Shown here: positions 12,736-25,700 of the stretch, in pieces
Layout of the letters: every line of letters begins with the position of its first letter
Numbering within the stretch: position 1 is the first letter of the stretch
Source: Haliotis rubra
Lineage: Eukaryota
Length of the DNA stretch: 64,000 nt
Direction of reading: 5' to 3'
Assembly (NCBI RefSeq): GCF_003918875.1
Contig: NW_025766459.1
Location: forward strand, 62,001-126,000
Position numbers and translations under genes: made by a program
Notes under the pieces: model-generated
What the model was told of the DNA's origin: nothing
What the model saw: only the letters and a program-made list of their open reading frames with translations
Databases searched by the model: none

Positions 12736-14149
12736 GACGTAGTGGCTTTTAGATACCCTGACACCGGGCTCGTAGGGTGTATGACTGAATAACCAAAGTG
12801 TCAACTGCTATTGAGGGTGGATCTCTGTTACAAACATACATATACACTTGCCTTCCGATATATCTGGGTATTATACCTTGTGATGTTTAAAGAGATGTAC
12901 TTCTTAAGGATCATATTGATCGACCTACGTATTGTTCAGAATACGGGGACACCAATACTGTAAGGTAGTCATAAGCCCCATACCTCAACGTAGTCTTACG
13001 CCAGCCGTAAGACTAAAGATTCTTGACAATGGTATCCAAGGACCCTCCTATGTTTCGTACTACTGTCCGTTGCAGTATTTCTAGGCTAACTTCTAGTCTC
13101 TAAAGTGAACATATTTTACAGAAAAAAAGGTTCCTGGGATGTAAACATAAAATATAATGAAAAGCAGACCAAAGACTTTCTTCATTTTCAGAAACTGTGG
13201 TAATCTAGACTTGCAACATATTCTAGACTTGCATGGACTTGGATACATTTGTTTCAGGATCTGTATGGACTAGCGTTTTGTCTCTGAATATATACAATTT
13301 TGATTGTAACAAATAAACCAATTTAAATTAAAAAGGAGCCCCGGTGTGATGGGAGATTCAGAACGTGAAGAAATCGAGACTTGCTTCATTTAGGGTTTTA
13401 GAATTGCAGAGAGGGCAAGGCTGTAGGGAAACTAATGTGGTTCAGGGACTGTACGTGAGACCGAGTAGGGTCAGTATATAACAGTACTTTCTGTGTTCTA
13501 CATACTGTCTTCTATCATTACATGCATCCACTGTAAGTCTTTCTATCATTTATCAGTATCTAAGATGTCAGGTTATTGTGAACAAAATATTAATTAAAGG
13601 TCCAATTTCTTAACACCAACCATGCATTCCAAAAGAGCATTGTCTCCGGCGGCTGAATTGAAGAAATAGTCACGTAAGTGTCTGTCAAGTTGTCACATTA
13701 ACAGAATTGACATGTATCGGTGTTATACCAACTCTGCTTCAACACTTTGAATTTGGACCAGAAAACTCACGCCATGAACCCCAACTCGTAACCAGGTGGT
13801 CACGTGATATCATGCTGGCGGGCACCTGTGTGAAATGTACAACGTCTAGTTTGACAATTGTTCATCATCACTCATTGTAATAAATGCGGTAGTTGCACTT
13901 GAAGTCACATACCGACGGAGGAATGGAAAAACATAAAGATTTATTTAGAATGAACTGCAGGGCAGCAAAAGTAAATACCCGTGTTTAATGGCTACAAATG
14001 AAACCAACAAGACTTGGTTATTTGATGGTGATGGTGTATTTGATAAAGGTATAATATTGCAGCTGTATGGACCAGACAATCCAGTGATCAGCAGCATGGC
14101 CTGGATCTTTACGGGAGGTTCTGTTCATTGTAACGTCGTTCTAGTTAAT

Positions 14150-14272
14150 GAGTTCACCTGATGAAGGGAACTTGAATGGTCTCGAAGAGTCGTGAGGGAA
14201 ATTATAAAGAAGTTTAATCCAAAAAAATATCTTGGACATCAATGTACAACTTCTAAATGCCACTGAAAGACG
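14150..14272 (+). mobile_element. Penelope-like LTR fragment with degenerate minimal hammerhead motif
   Basis: TCAC-CTGATGA-AGGGAAC...GTCGTGA; the inverse homologue is at 21480-21600. Confidence 0.55.
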
Positions 14273-14397
14273 CCATTCTAGAATATTAGTAAAGTAAAGA
14301 CAATGTGTGCATAGTCAAGGTTGGCGTGATTTTGGGACCAGGGCCTGTACTGTCTACTGGCTAGAAGATCCTTCACGTCGCCTTGGGCTGACAAGGA

Positions 14398-14654
14398 GTG
14401 AGTGAGTTAATATTTACATATTTGTCACATCGGCAATATCTCAGCCATATCGTGACGAAAACAAGTTATACAATAAAAAGTGAAAACTTTTTAAAGATTA
14501 AAACCTGTCGACGATGGACAGTACAAATACTAGAAAATCACAGATATAATATAGAACTAGCGAGCAAAGCTAAAACATTCCAATTAAAGAAGACATTACA
14601 GTCTAAAACACGGGCTATAGATCGCCAACAACTGAACGTACATCACCATACTAG
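14398..14654 (-). mobile_element. 5'-truncated non-LTR retroelement 3' end (probable partner LINE of the SINEs)
   Basis: (ACTC)n tail, 13-bp TSD GGGCTGACAAGGA; homologous to 55380-55760 and 32530-32587. Confidence 0.75.
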
Positions 14655-14974
14655 GGGCTGACAAGGAAGTGGTAGAACTACTTAGGCGAGATACGTGACG
14701 CGTGTCGGATACACACACTACATTATCCGGAAATATGTATCATCCTTTGGCTCTTAGGCTATCCATGTTTTACTGTTTCTCTAATCTCCCGACCGCTCTA
14801 TGACCTAGAGGGTGTCCTCCCATTTGTGAGAACTCCCAGTTGTGAGACACATTAATTAATGGTTGAGTGCACACAGGTGGTGTTTCCACATCCCTACAAT
14901 GAAAGTGGATCAGCCCATTTGTTGAAGAGTACCCACAGGAGTCATAGTTCATTGATGAGTTGATTAATAAAATA

Positions 14975-15437
14975 CAGTGGAAACCGCCTAAGTAAAGACC
15001 GCTTAACTAAACAGACCTGATAAGTAAACACTTTTCTTTGGTCCCGGCAAATTTCTTTATTAATTATCACTATTAGAGTCTGGTTAACTAAACTCGGATA
15101 AGTAAACAATACCGCTTAACTAAACGTCTTCTCACGGTCCCTGGAAGTAAATTTCTTAACAAAAGAGACTGGATAACTAAATTAGCGATCACCACATAAT
15201 CCGACATGAGGGGCAGTCGTGTCAGTCTCCAGTCAAACAAACATCCTACTTACAGCTCGCTGGCGTCAAGCAGTTGACAGTACACTGACAACTGGAGGCC
15301 AGCCCTGATAAGTTGTTCATTGTTACATATGCATACATATACATGCATATGGTTGTCATTTGCAGGTTTTTTATAAGTTTGGATAAGTAAACAATTTTGG
15401 CGAGTCCCTTGAAATTTTACTTATCAGGTTTCCACTG
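14975..15437. mobile_element. Tc1/mariner-pogo type MITE
   Basis: TA|CAGTGGAAACC ... GGTTTCCACTG|TA with internal repeated TAAGTAAA/TAACTAAA motifs. Confidence 0.8.
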
Positions 15438-15869
15438 TAGATTATCAAAGATATTATTTACACAGAAGAAATAGTTCATTAAATATTTTATTTATTCAGA
15501 AGAATATGTAATTATGATAACACATTTTTATTGACTATTTCTAACGTTTGAAAGTCATTTTGGTTTAAACATATTTTATTTTTATTTATGAAAATGAATT
15601 GGGATTGGTGAACAAGCATTACTGCTTATATTAACACCGCTCCCATGCAACATATAATACAACATGAAATGGAGGATGTGACGTCATCGATATTGACTAT
15701 TGCATAAATATAATTTTAAGTACATATAAATATATACAGATTACATCAAATACAACTATTCTCTAAGTAGTCATAATTAGAGAGTTACAGTTGTGTGTGT
15801 CTAACAAGCTATTGCAAGTATATAAATCAATCATGAGAAGGTTGTTGAGTTAATTTAAGTATTTTTCTG

Positions 15870-16560
15870 AGAAAATTTGAAGCGTTGTGTCTTGATGATA
15901 TAATCGTGGACGGATTCAACCATTTTCTGGTTTAGACAAGGAGTAAATTCTTTGTTTCCGTTCAAAATGGTATCCAGGTTATAACGAGTAGTGTAACATA
16001 CATATTAGTTCTTATCAAGTGAGGAAATAGTGTAGGGCGTTTTCACTCTGATATCGACAAGAGCAGCATGGACTGTCTATTAAATGTCTGTTATACCTAT
16101 CGACGTTTATGTCGCTAGATCCGAGCCTGAGGCGACAGTGAACGGTGTGACAAAATCAAGAGCCATAATTAAGGTCAATATAAATCTTGTTTTCGGTTTT
16201 TGTAATTAGGTTTTTAAATTCTGTGAGACTTCATGACTCTTTGGAATTTGGTAGGGCATTCCATAAATTTATTGTGTCGGGTTAAAAGGATTTGGCATAA
16301 GAGGCAGTTCGACTGTAAATTCCTTGTATTTCAGAGTTATTTCTTAAACTATAGCTTGTAGTTTCGGAGAAGGAGTAAATCTGAGTAGGTAAATTAATTT
16401 ATCTTTCAAATGATCACGAAGTTACCAATACAAAGTGTTTAATTTTTAAATACATTTACCTGAGTATATGCTAATCAATTCATCTTATAAGGTTTCATTA
16501 AGTTACCTCCACTACATTCAGTTACATAGCAAATCAGTAATTAGCTAGGGTTAATCCATT
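15870..16560 (-). mobile_element. Degenerate CR1/L2-group LINE 3' fragment
   Basis: Minus-strand translation ...NQKMVESVHDYIIKTQRF resembles a CR1-group ORF2 C-terminus. Heavily decayed. Confidence 0.4.
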
Positions 16561-18319
16561 CTATCAGACAGGGGAGTATGGTGTGTTTTCTTTGTTAATT
16601 ACCTACTCCACTGTCTCATAACTAGGAGTCTCACAATTGGGAGTTCTCACAAATGGGAGTACTATAATTGCTCTTACTCTTACACAATTATAACACCAGG
16701 TCGCCTTGACCGTCTCCATCAATATATAATCAAAAATCGTTTCCGAAGCAAAACGACTCGACCCACATTATAAAGTAATTACCATATGATCTAACTGAAA
16801 AATAACAACAAGATAAGTTACATAAGCGAAAACTTTTCTTATTTTAACAAACATGTTGTTTTCCCCCCCTCCCACTGTCTCCCAGTCGAACCACAATCAT
16901 TAACACATATAGGGATGGCCTTTCGTCATTAGAGAAACGGAAATTAAAGCATGTGATGTGTTTTCCGTTTAATAGATTGCCGATTCAGATTTCATAATTA
17001 CCCAAGTGGCGCTCGTGATTCTCTTTAAAACCCGGTGATATGTCACATTTGTACTGATTTGTGTTTTATGTCATTTTAACCACTCTGGTAGGATTAGTAT
17101 CTGTCCCTTCATGAGATGTAGCACGCACATGTTGAAAATGTTCATTACTGAATGTCTACATGTCATAAAACAGAAAATCGAATACAGATCCAAATATTTT
17201 ATAATCACTGTTTCCTGTGTAGTGTTGACACATATCTTGATGAGAATTATCACCCATTGTGTGTAACTGTGAGTCAGTAGTAAGCTGCATGTTTTGCCAG
17301 GGTAATAAGCATTTGTTCCAGACCAAGAAATTAGTTTCATTAAAGTCAGATGCAATGCTTATGGCAATATAGTTTTACATCATTGTGTTTTCCTTTCAAC
17401 GTTCTAGCGTTTGAATTATTTGTTTTCATATCATTTAGTTAGTTAAACCCATCAATTTAAAATAATCGATTTAAAAAAAAGCGAGATTGGATTCAAATAA
17501 GTTTAAATTAAATGGACATAAGTTTATCAAATGAATAGGGCGCCATGTTAACAGACATGCTATGAACGATTACAATTATTTTATTTATGATATTCAACGT
17601 TATTTTATGTTATGCTTGAAAAGAAGTATATATTGATATAACTTGTCACTTGTTTTATTTACATACGTACGTATTTCTCAGAAAGACAGGCGAAGGGAAA
17701 CATCAGATACACAAATGTTGCTACACTTTTCACTAAACTGTCCACTACATATGAAATAGAATCACAGCCCACACGAATGTCTTTCCCAATATTATTCCAA
17801 CATTAACACTTCCAGACGTGAGAATGTCTGATACGTGATCAGTCTAAGTAACCAATCTGGGAGTTATTGATAATGAAATACCACGTTGGTCTGTGTTCAT
17901 TTCCCAACAGATAACAGATACAGCTCGTTTAGGTAGATGATGTTTGCATTTAGTTTTACTTGATAACTTATAACAAAATATTTGCGAGACTAATAAGGAA
18001 GTCATACCTGTTGAAGTCTATCTGACACCATTTAAACGAAACTTAAATTCAGTATGTATACAATTTATTTTATCTACTCGCGGGTTATGTACACTGAGGT
18101 TTGGCGCACGTATTGAAACAGCTAAGGAAAGAAAACTGGAAATTGAAAATATCAGAAGTTTTGTTTTGAGGCTGTGCTAAATACAATCGTTTTTTTCCTG
18201 TGATTTCCTTTTTTTTCTCTCCCGTTTTGACAAATTTGGGATTTTTGTTTTGATGGGTTTGTTTCGGTATATCTTGGACAAGGTTAAGGAATGTAGATCA
18301 TTACATCTAAAGGGTTTGA

Positions 18320-18677
18320 GGTGAGGTGAGGTGAAATTGGGTTTAACGTCGTGCTTGAGAATATTTCGCTCATGTGACGACGTGCATGCGTGTGTATGTG
18401 TATGTGCGGCTGCTTGTACTAGCCCGGACTTAAGCTGGTTTTATAGTGCTAGCCCACTGAGATACCATGCCGCAGTGAAGCATGAATGCCCCTCTCAGAC
18501 ACATTATACTGACTCCGAGCCGACCAGTCCTTGCTGTACCCATTAATGCCGAGCGCCAGGCAGGGACCAACAAGTACCATATTTTAACGTCTTTTGGTAT
18601 GACGCGGTCGGGGATCGAACCCACGACCTTCCGCTCTCCGGACGGACGATCTAACCACTACACCACGGGGGGCGGTC
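18320..18677 (-). mobile_element. tRNA-derived SINE family C, full length
   Basis: Head GTGGTGTAGTGGTTAG...GGTTCGATCCCC, central AGTATAATGTG...CAGTGGGCTAGCACTATAAAA block, 14-bp TSD TCTAAAGGGTTTGA. Confidence 0.88.
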
Positions 18678-19147
18678 TCTAAAGGGTTTGAAGTCAGTAG
18701 GAAGCCTACTGTTTAGTAGCAGCAGTGATTTTCAGTGAACCCGTTTTTCAAGTCAGATGATAGCCAGACACCAGGAATGGGTGCCCCATAGTATACCGAT
18801 GCACGATGGGAACGAAACTCGTGTGCACACCGGACGAGCTAACACTTGAACCAGTAGGCTACCCACCGCCAATGCACGTACAATTACATGAACCAAAAGG
18901 TCAGAATGAACACAATCAATGAAGGCCACTTGATGAGGAAACGTGCTACAAAATTATATGTGTGCACTTGTGCAAATACCACTTCACGAGCATCAAAGGA
19001 CGCCATTGTTTGCGTCATTCTAATCTTATTATAACGTAAGGTCGGAATGACGTCACACTAGAATCGACGTTATAGCTGAAGTGGTAGACGTCACTGGACA
19101 ATGTGGTTTGCGGTCGTGATCAATGCCTTTTCTCTTGTTTGTGTGTG

Positions 19148-19358
19148 TGTTTGTTGTTTACGCCGCAATATTCCAGCTGTATGGTGGCGGTCTGTAAATA
19201 ATCCAGTCTGGACTAGACAATCCAGTGACCAACAGCATGAGCGTCGATCTACACAAGTGGGATACGATGACACGTGTCAACCAAGTCAGCGAGCCTGACC
19301 ACCCGATCCCGTTACTACAAGTATGGGTTGCTGAAGACCAATTCCAACCTTCACGGGT
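19148..19358 (-). mobile_element. SINE family B
   Basis: Homology to 7833-8103. Confidence 0.8.
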
Positions 19359-20648
19359 GCCTTTTTTTCTAACAGTAAACTCAAAAGGATGAACTAGAAT
19401 TTACTGATAATGGTAATAAAGAATTATGTCGAGCAGATTTATAGAAACTCATGTAAATGTTAGAGTTCTGAAACTCGTTTTGTTAAATTAGTGCGACATA
19501 CATCTAAATATATCCTGACAATATATGTAGTAGAGTTGAAAAACCCCTCCGCCGGGAAGTAACCACCCACCCATGATGTCGCCAAGGAGGCTGTCGTACC
19601 ACTGGGAGATGAAGACGTTCATTGTTTTTCCCTGGCGTGTCATTGCGTACGCCGTCTGTTACATAACGCGAAAACTGTGTAGACAAAGACGTCTGTTGAC
19701 GTCGTTACATAAGACTCACTATCTGGGGGATACATACCATCTGGGGGACTCACTACCTGGGGGACAATAATGAAGACGTTTACAGGTTAGGCCCCGGAAA
19801 CCCTCCCGCCGGGGTGAGAGGTGGCTGTACAGAATGTCATTTTTCGTAACGTTGTGTTTATAACCTTCTATAGATACAGTCTGATTTATGGTCAACGGGG
19901 ATTATAAGGAAGAGGTCATCCAGGCGATTTGTGGTCCAGGCTGCAGTTGGTGCGATTACAATGTTGATTCACGTTATCGAACCCCGGTGTTTGGCATGGT
20001 TAACAACATCGTGATACCACGACTCCGTCGTTCACGGTCACAGAAGATAGTAGGCTGTCTCGGTGTTGTTGATCATGCCCCAGAGGTCGAATACATGCAC
20101 GTGCATACAACTGTTACCCAATAATTATAGCATAAAAGTTCTCTTCGTATGAAAGCTGTAGCTTATCGCTAATCATGGCTGCACTCTCTCACACCCGTCA
20201 TAAATGAAGGAAACAATCTCGTAATGATATTTCAGACATGGCTGAAATGTAGACAAACGAGATTTCCAAGGTCACATTTCGGGACTGTGGCTGACTGACG
20301 AGTGAGTGGGACAAACACATAGCATTCATTATTGGGGCATAGCGACAATCTTCTTTGTGGGAAATATAAAACAAACAGTTTTTAGACATAATAATATTTG
20401 TAACATAGCAAATAATTCCCTAAAGCAGTAGACATTTCACTTACATGTATATACATTCATCACTTTGATAGTTTGATGACTTCACATTAGAGGGAGGAAA
20501 CGAATGGTTTTCAACTGAGGGGTATATTCTTCCTCCGTCATCATGAAGGAATTGGCATATACTCCGAAACGTCGTGTCCCATATATCATTAAAAAAGGTT
20601 GACACCCATAATGTTCACCCTAATGTGTATCACTTCTAAATGCCATTC

Positions 20649-20814
20649 GGGGCGGTTGAATAATCTAGTGGTTAAAGCGTTGGCTCGTCACGCCGAAGAC
20701 CCGGGTTCGATTCCCCACATGGGTACAATGTGTGAAGCCCATTTCTGGTGTCCCCTGCCGTGATATTGCTGGAATATTGCTAAAAGCGGCGTAAAAACAA
20801 ACTCAGTCAGTCAG
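20649..20814 (+). mobile_element. tRNA-derived SINE family A inserted in a Penelope-like LTR relic
   Basis: 14-bp TSD TCTAAATGCCATTC; the host sequence is homologous to the 14150 and 21480 elements. Confidence 0.88.
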
Positions 20815-21554
20815 TCTAAATGCCATTCAAAGACTTTATGACATTGTCTGCACTGACATGCATGATACACGTCACGTCTAGCCCTGTTTCACCAGTGGTA
20901 CCAGCAAGTCAGACACGTGGTCTGAAAAGGTAATTACATAGTTGGTTACATAGATTATTAAGTGCGTAATCTTATCCAGTACTGTGTTCAACAACCTCGA
21001 CCCAATCCCTCCCACCTTGTCCAGATTAGGCAAATCTACTGCATTAGCTCTCTGAACCAGCTTCCTCACTCCGGCCTCATTAGAGAGACGGGTAGCCTAG
21101 TGGTTATAGTGTTCGCTTGTCACGCCGAATACCCGGGTTCTATGCCCCAACATGAGTGCAGTATGTGAAGACCATTCCTGGTTTCCCTCGCTGTGCTAAT
21201 CCGGGTATATTCCTGAAAGCCACACTCACTCTTTCGTACTTTGGCATCATAATACTCCCTTTCCAGACCGACCTGGGTCTACCGGGTGTTGTGGGAGAAG
21301 CACTCTCTGGTGTTGATGTTAGGGAGTGCAGGTTGTTGTGGTCGGCTCCCTACCTGTATGTTCGTCGTGGACAGATGGTAGCCATGCAACTTCTTCTAAG
21401 TTCTCAAAACTTCAACATGACGATATCACTATAACAGTATAATAAATATAGGGTTAATAAAAAACATGAAAAGGTTATGTCTTTCAGTGGCATTTAGAAG
21501 TTGTACATAGATGTCCAAGATATTTTTATGGATTAAACTTCTTTTTTATTTCCC

Positions 21555-21596
21555 TCACGACATTTCGGGACCATTCTAGGTCCCTTCATCAGGTGA
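21555..21596 (-). ncRNA. Minimal type I hammerhead ribozyme motif (Penelope-like element)
   Basis: Minus strand TCAC-CTGATGA-A-GGGACC-TAGAAT-GGTCCC-GAAA-T-GTC-GTGA: conserved core, 6-bp stem II, stem I TCAC/GTGA, GUC cleavage triplet. Confidence 0.65.
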
Positions 21597-21849
21597 ACTG
21601 ACAGTTGAGACTATGGCGTCGTCACTATCAAAAGGCTACTTGTTGTGTTATTAACAACGAGTTTTATTGTTTTAATACTAGTATTCATGTAATATATAGG
21701 CCTTATATTATAATAGGTAGTATTATCAAATATATAATTAGAAACGGTAGTAAACAACGCTGTTAATATCCAGATGAACGGTTTGTTTGTTACTATCCGT
21801 CTAGCCCTCACCGTGCCTGTCTACATTTCGGTTTTTCAATTATATTGGG

Positions 21850-22022
21850 GATTTGTCTTCTTTTTGGTACTGGGGGAAATTCATTTGTCTTTGTTTCGGT
21901 TGTAAGGGGAATTCATTTGTCTACGTTTCGGTTGTAGGGGAAATTCATTACGTTTCAGCGCTAGGGGAAATTCTTTTGGTACTTTCCGGTACCAGGGTAA
22001 ATTCCTTTTTGTACGTTTCGAG
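21850..22022. repeat. Degenerate ~30-bp tandem repeat
   Basis: GGGGAAATTCATTTGTCTACGTTTCGGTTGTA-like units, about 5-6 copies. Confidence 0.6.
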
Positions 22023-22589
22023 CCGACACCTACAACTCACGTGTCTTGTTGATAGTTTGACGTGTGGGATGTGTGGACATCACATGGATGTCATACAGCA
22101 TCAGCAACTGACCTAGTCACGATATCGCCTGGTTTAAATAGCTCATATCACTTTGGGTGCGTCATCAGAGACAACGATATATATAACTATTGATAATCTG
22201 ACCTGTAAACAAGGAAAGTTCACGTACTTGAAATTCAATCAATTTGTAATATCGATTAAACAATAATATTTATCTACAAGTACTTTCTATCTGTAGGGAG
22301 TATTTCATGGCGATCTCTAACCATTATTTGTCATGTGAAACTTTATGTGTAACTCAACAAAATACCCGCGACGTTTCTAACAAGGGTCTTGGAAGATTTA
22401 TTAATGCCCAATGCCAGGATACATTATTTCCGGGATATAAATAGACACACATTTGTTATAATTCCCGTGTGATTGTGAAAAGATAGATATTAGAAATAGG
22501 AGTAGTATGAAGCTACGAAGCTGTAAGGGAAAATCGCGTAAATATATTATACGAATGCTTCTCGTGATCACTCGTTACCGTTGATTGTC

Positions 22590-22711
22590 AATCACGTGAC
22601 AGGTCACGAGGAAAACAAACAAGATGGCGACACACGTGATGGCGTTTTGAGGTCGCAGACCGTGTCATGCGGGATAAGGACACTTCCTGTGGACGAAGAT
22701 AATCTGTCAAG
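22590..22711 (+). promoter_or_regulatory. Promoter of the Slob/PXK-like gene (E-boxes, YY1, ETS motifs)
   Basis: TCACGTGAC, AAGATGGCG, CACGTG and ACTTCCTG within 125 bp upstream of ATG 22712 in a CpG-richer segment. Confidence 0.6.
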
Positions 22712-25700
22712 ATGGTAGACATTCTGCCGTGGCTCGATGAACATTTGTATGTAAGTAATATCGCATCGGTCGCGACAAGCACCAGAATATTACGTAATGA
22801 CTAACAGCTCGCAATTTGCGATCAGCGATCCATTAAATTGGGTTATGTAATGATCAATGACTTTCACGTAAATTCGAAATGCTGTTCCGTTACCACCTGG
22901 ACACTTTTCAGCGCCGCGCACGGCGAAGTGGTTGAGATAGCTTGCGAATCACGCGTTGATTTGGTCACTGTCGTTCAAAACAGAATTTGACATTTATTTT
23001 TTTTATCGTCGGATCCTAGGTTTTCGGATGGCAGTGCTCACTTGGGCTGTAACAAGGGGTCTTGCGTCCCACAGATAACTCTTGAATGATGGTTTGTGTT
23101 TGGGATAAAGCTTTCTTTTATAAATGGTGACATGTTTTACAATTGTTCAAGCGTTAAATCGAGACCTGGAGACAGCAACGGATGTTCAAGTGTCCGAAGA
23201 CCCATAACACTAGCCGAGAGCCGCGATGCGGTCCTGTACAGTTAAAACATGCAGGGTCATGTAATGACTGTATCGCGGCTCTCGGCTACCATAGCACGGC
23301 AAGACATAATCTGTTATTCCTCATAACGGGATATTCAGACAGTGTTCACGAATGGTGTTTCCAAGTAACAGGATATTGGGCCCTGTAATGGTTAAAGCGT
23401 TGGCTCGTCACCCGAAGACCCGGGTTCGAATCCCCACATGGGTACAATGTGTGAAGCCCATTTCTGGTGTCCCCCGCCGTGATGTTGCTGGAATATTGCT
23501 AAAAGCGGCGTAAAACCAAACTCAGTCAGTATAACAACTTCAGTCAAAGTCATTGTGAAATATACAGTCAGACAATGGGACTGGCGGGTTGTAGACTTCT
23601 ATCGGACCGTGGCGAATCTGCCGGATTTGTCAGAGGGTCAGACGCTATTCGTGAACGGTATTTAGTATCATCTAAAATGTAGTGTGTGAAGAACACACTG
23701 TTGATCATGCGGATTAAAAGGTCCAAGAAATATGCTGTGCTGAACATGTTGATATAAGACTATTAAGAAAAGTCAGTGAGTGAGCCTGAATGAGTGAGTG
23801 AGTGGGCCTCTGCCTCACCTATCAGTCTCTCTACAACCAAGGACCTTCCTACCTTCAAGACCTAATGACACATTACTCCCCAGAAAGAACTCTATGCTCA
23901 TCACAACAGCTGTTACTCGCTGTCCCACTAAAATCCTTTGGCTCAAGAACCTTTCATATGCAGGAGCTTGTCTGTGGAACTTGGAACTCTCTCTCAATGG
24001 AGTTAAAATCATCTCCTAAGTACATTCAAAACACGACTCAAGACTCACCCATTTATCCACTACAAGTGACTTTTAATCATCTGTACCTGCCATCTGTATA
24101 TAGTTTTAACTTGAGTTCAGGAAGCGCTTTGACTTTGAGCATATCCCTGTGACTTGGAAAGGCTCTATATAAATAATAATAATAATGCACTTGTATAGCA
24201 CCTAATTTCCAATCGGTGGCTGCTCAGTGGTGCTTTACAAGGTTAAAAAAAAGAATAAAATAAACAGAGTTATTGGTTGAAGAGATGGGTTTTCAAGTCA
24301 CGGCAGAATGACTGGACAGAATCCACAGATTCATATATGTTAGTAGGCTGTTCCACAAAGTCAGAGCCACAACAGAAAACTTTGTCCTCGTAATGGGTAC
24401 ACAGAGCTGGAGTTGACCAGATGAGTGGAGTCTGTGAGCAGGGAGATAGGGAGTGGCCTATTATTATTATTAATGATATTCATTATCTCAGTCTGTAATG
24501 TTCCCGAATCATCACTGCAGTCTGTAAAACATCAAGCCTTGATCAGGCTAACAAGTGACTGAAAGCAAAGATCATTCACCATCAGGTCACAACACTACAC
24601 AAACCCCAATGCTCATAGAACCTGACGACACATGAAGATCCGGTTTGAACTGGTCTTCAGTAACCCATGCTTGTCGTAGGAGGCGACTAACAGAATCAGG
24701 TGGTCAGGCTCGCTGTCATGGCATCCCAATTGCATAGATCAATGCTCATGCTGTTGATCACATGATTGTCTTGTCCAGACTCGATTACTCACAGACCACC
24801 TCCATATAGCTGGAATATCGCTGAGTGCAGCGTAACAACCAAGCCACCAACCAACCATAGAACCTGACCCCACTCTTCTTATGACAAGCAATCAAGGGCA
24901 ATGAATCCCCATCAACCTACTTCCTCAGACTCCTCACAGGCTGTAGTAAACTTCACAACAGTAAACACCTTCAAGAATTATAGAGTAATGTGTCTCAGAA
25001 AATATGTAGTAGTTTTGATAGGAAGAACTGTTTTAATTGAAAAAGACATCAGTAAGATGGGAGATTCAGAACCTGGACCTGAGAAAAATGTAGACTTGCT
25101 TCATTAATATTTTTGCGTTACTGATCTGGCTGGTTGGATGAAAAAAAAATATGTTTGAGGGACCGTGAGACTGTGATTTACTTAGCCATCATTGTACCTG
25201 AACCTCTTAATCATTAATCTTTATCAATATCAGCTGTATGGCTGTCATCAAGCAATAAGTAATAATATCAGTAGACTCTCCCAACTTAGGAATGTAGTTA
25301 TCTCAGATGTATCTTGGTGACATGTGATTTCTTGTAGCCTTCCTTGAATGATGAGTCATTGTGCGACAGTGCACAGATGTCCATAAAATGTGTCCAGTCA
25401 CTGATAACTGGGTGACAATCTTTTTACCTGAGTATCACCATCAGCATCTGTCCTCCTGGCTACACTGTGACACTGTCCTCCTGGCTACACTGTGACACTG
25501 TCCTCCTGGCTACACTGTGACACTGTCCTCCTGGCTACACTGTGACACTGTTGTCCCGGCTACACTGTGACACTGTCGTCCTGGCTACACTGTGACACTG
25601 TCCTCCTGGCTACACTGTGACACTGTCCTCCTGGCTACACTGTGACACTATCTGCTGTTGTGCGGAGCTTTGTCTCATGTACCAGCAGTAGTAAATACCA

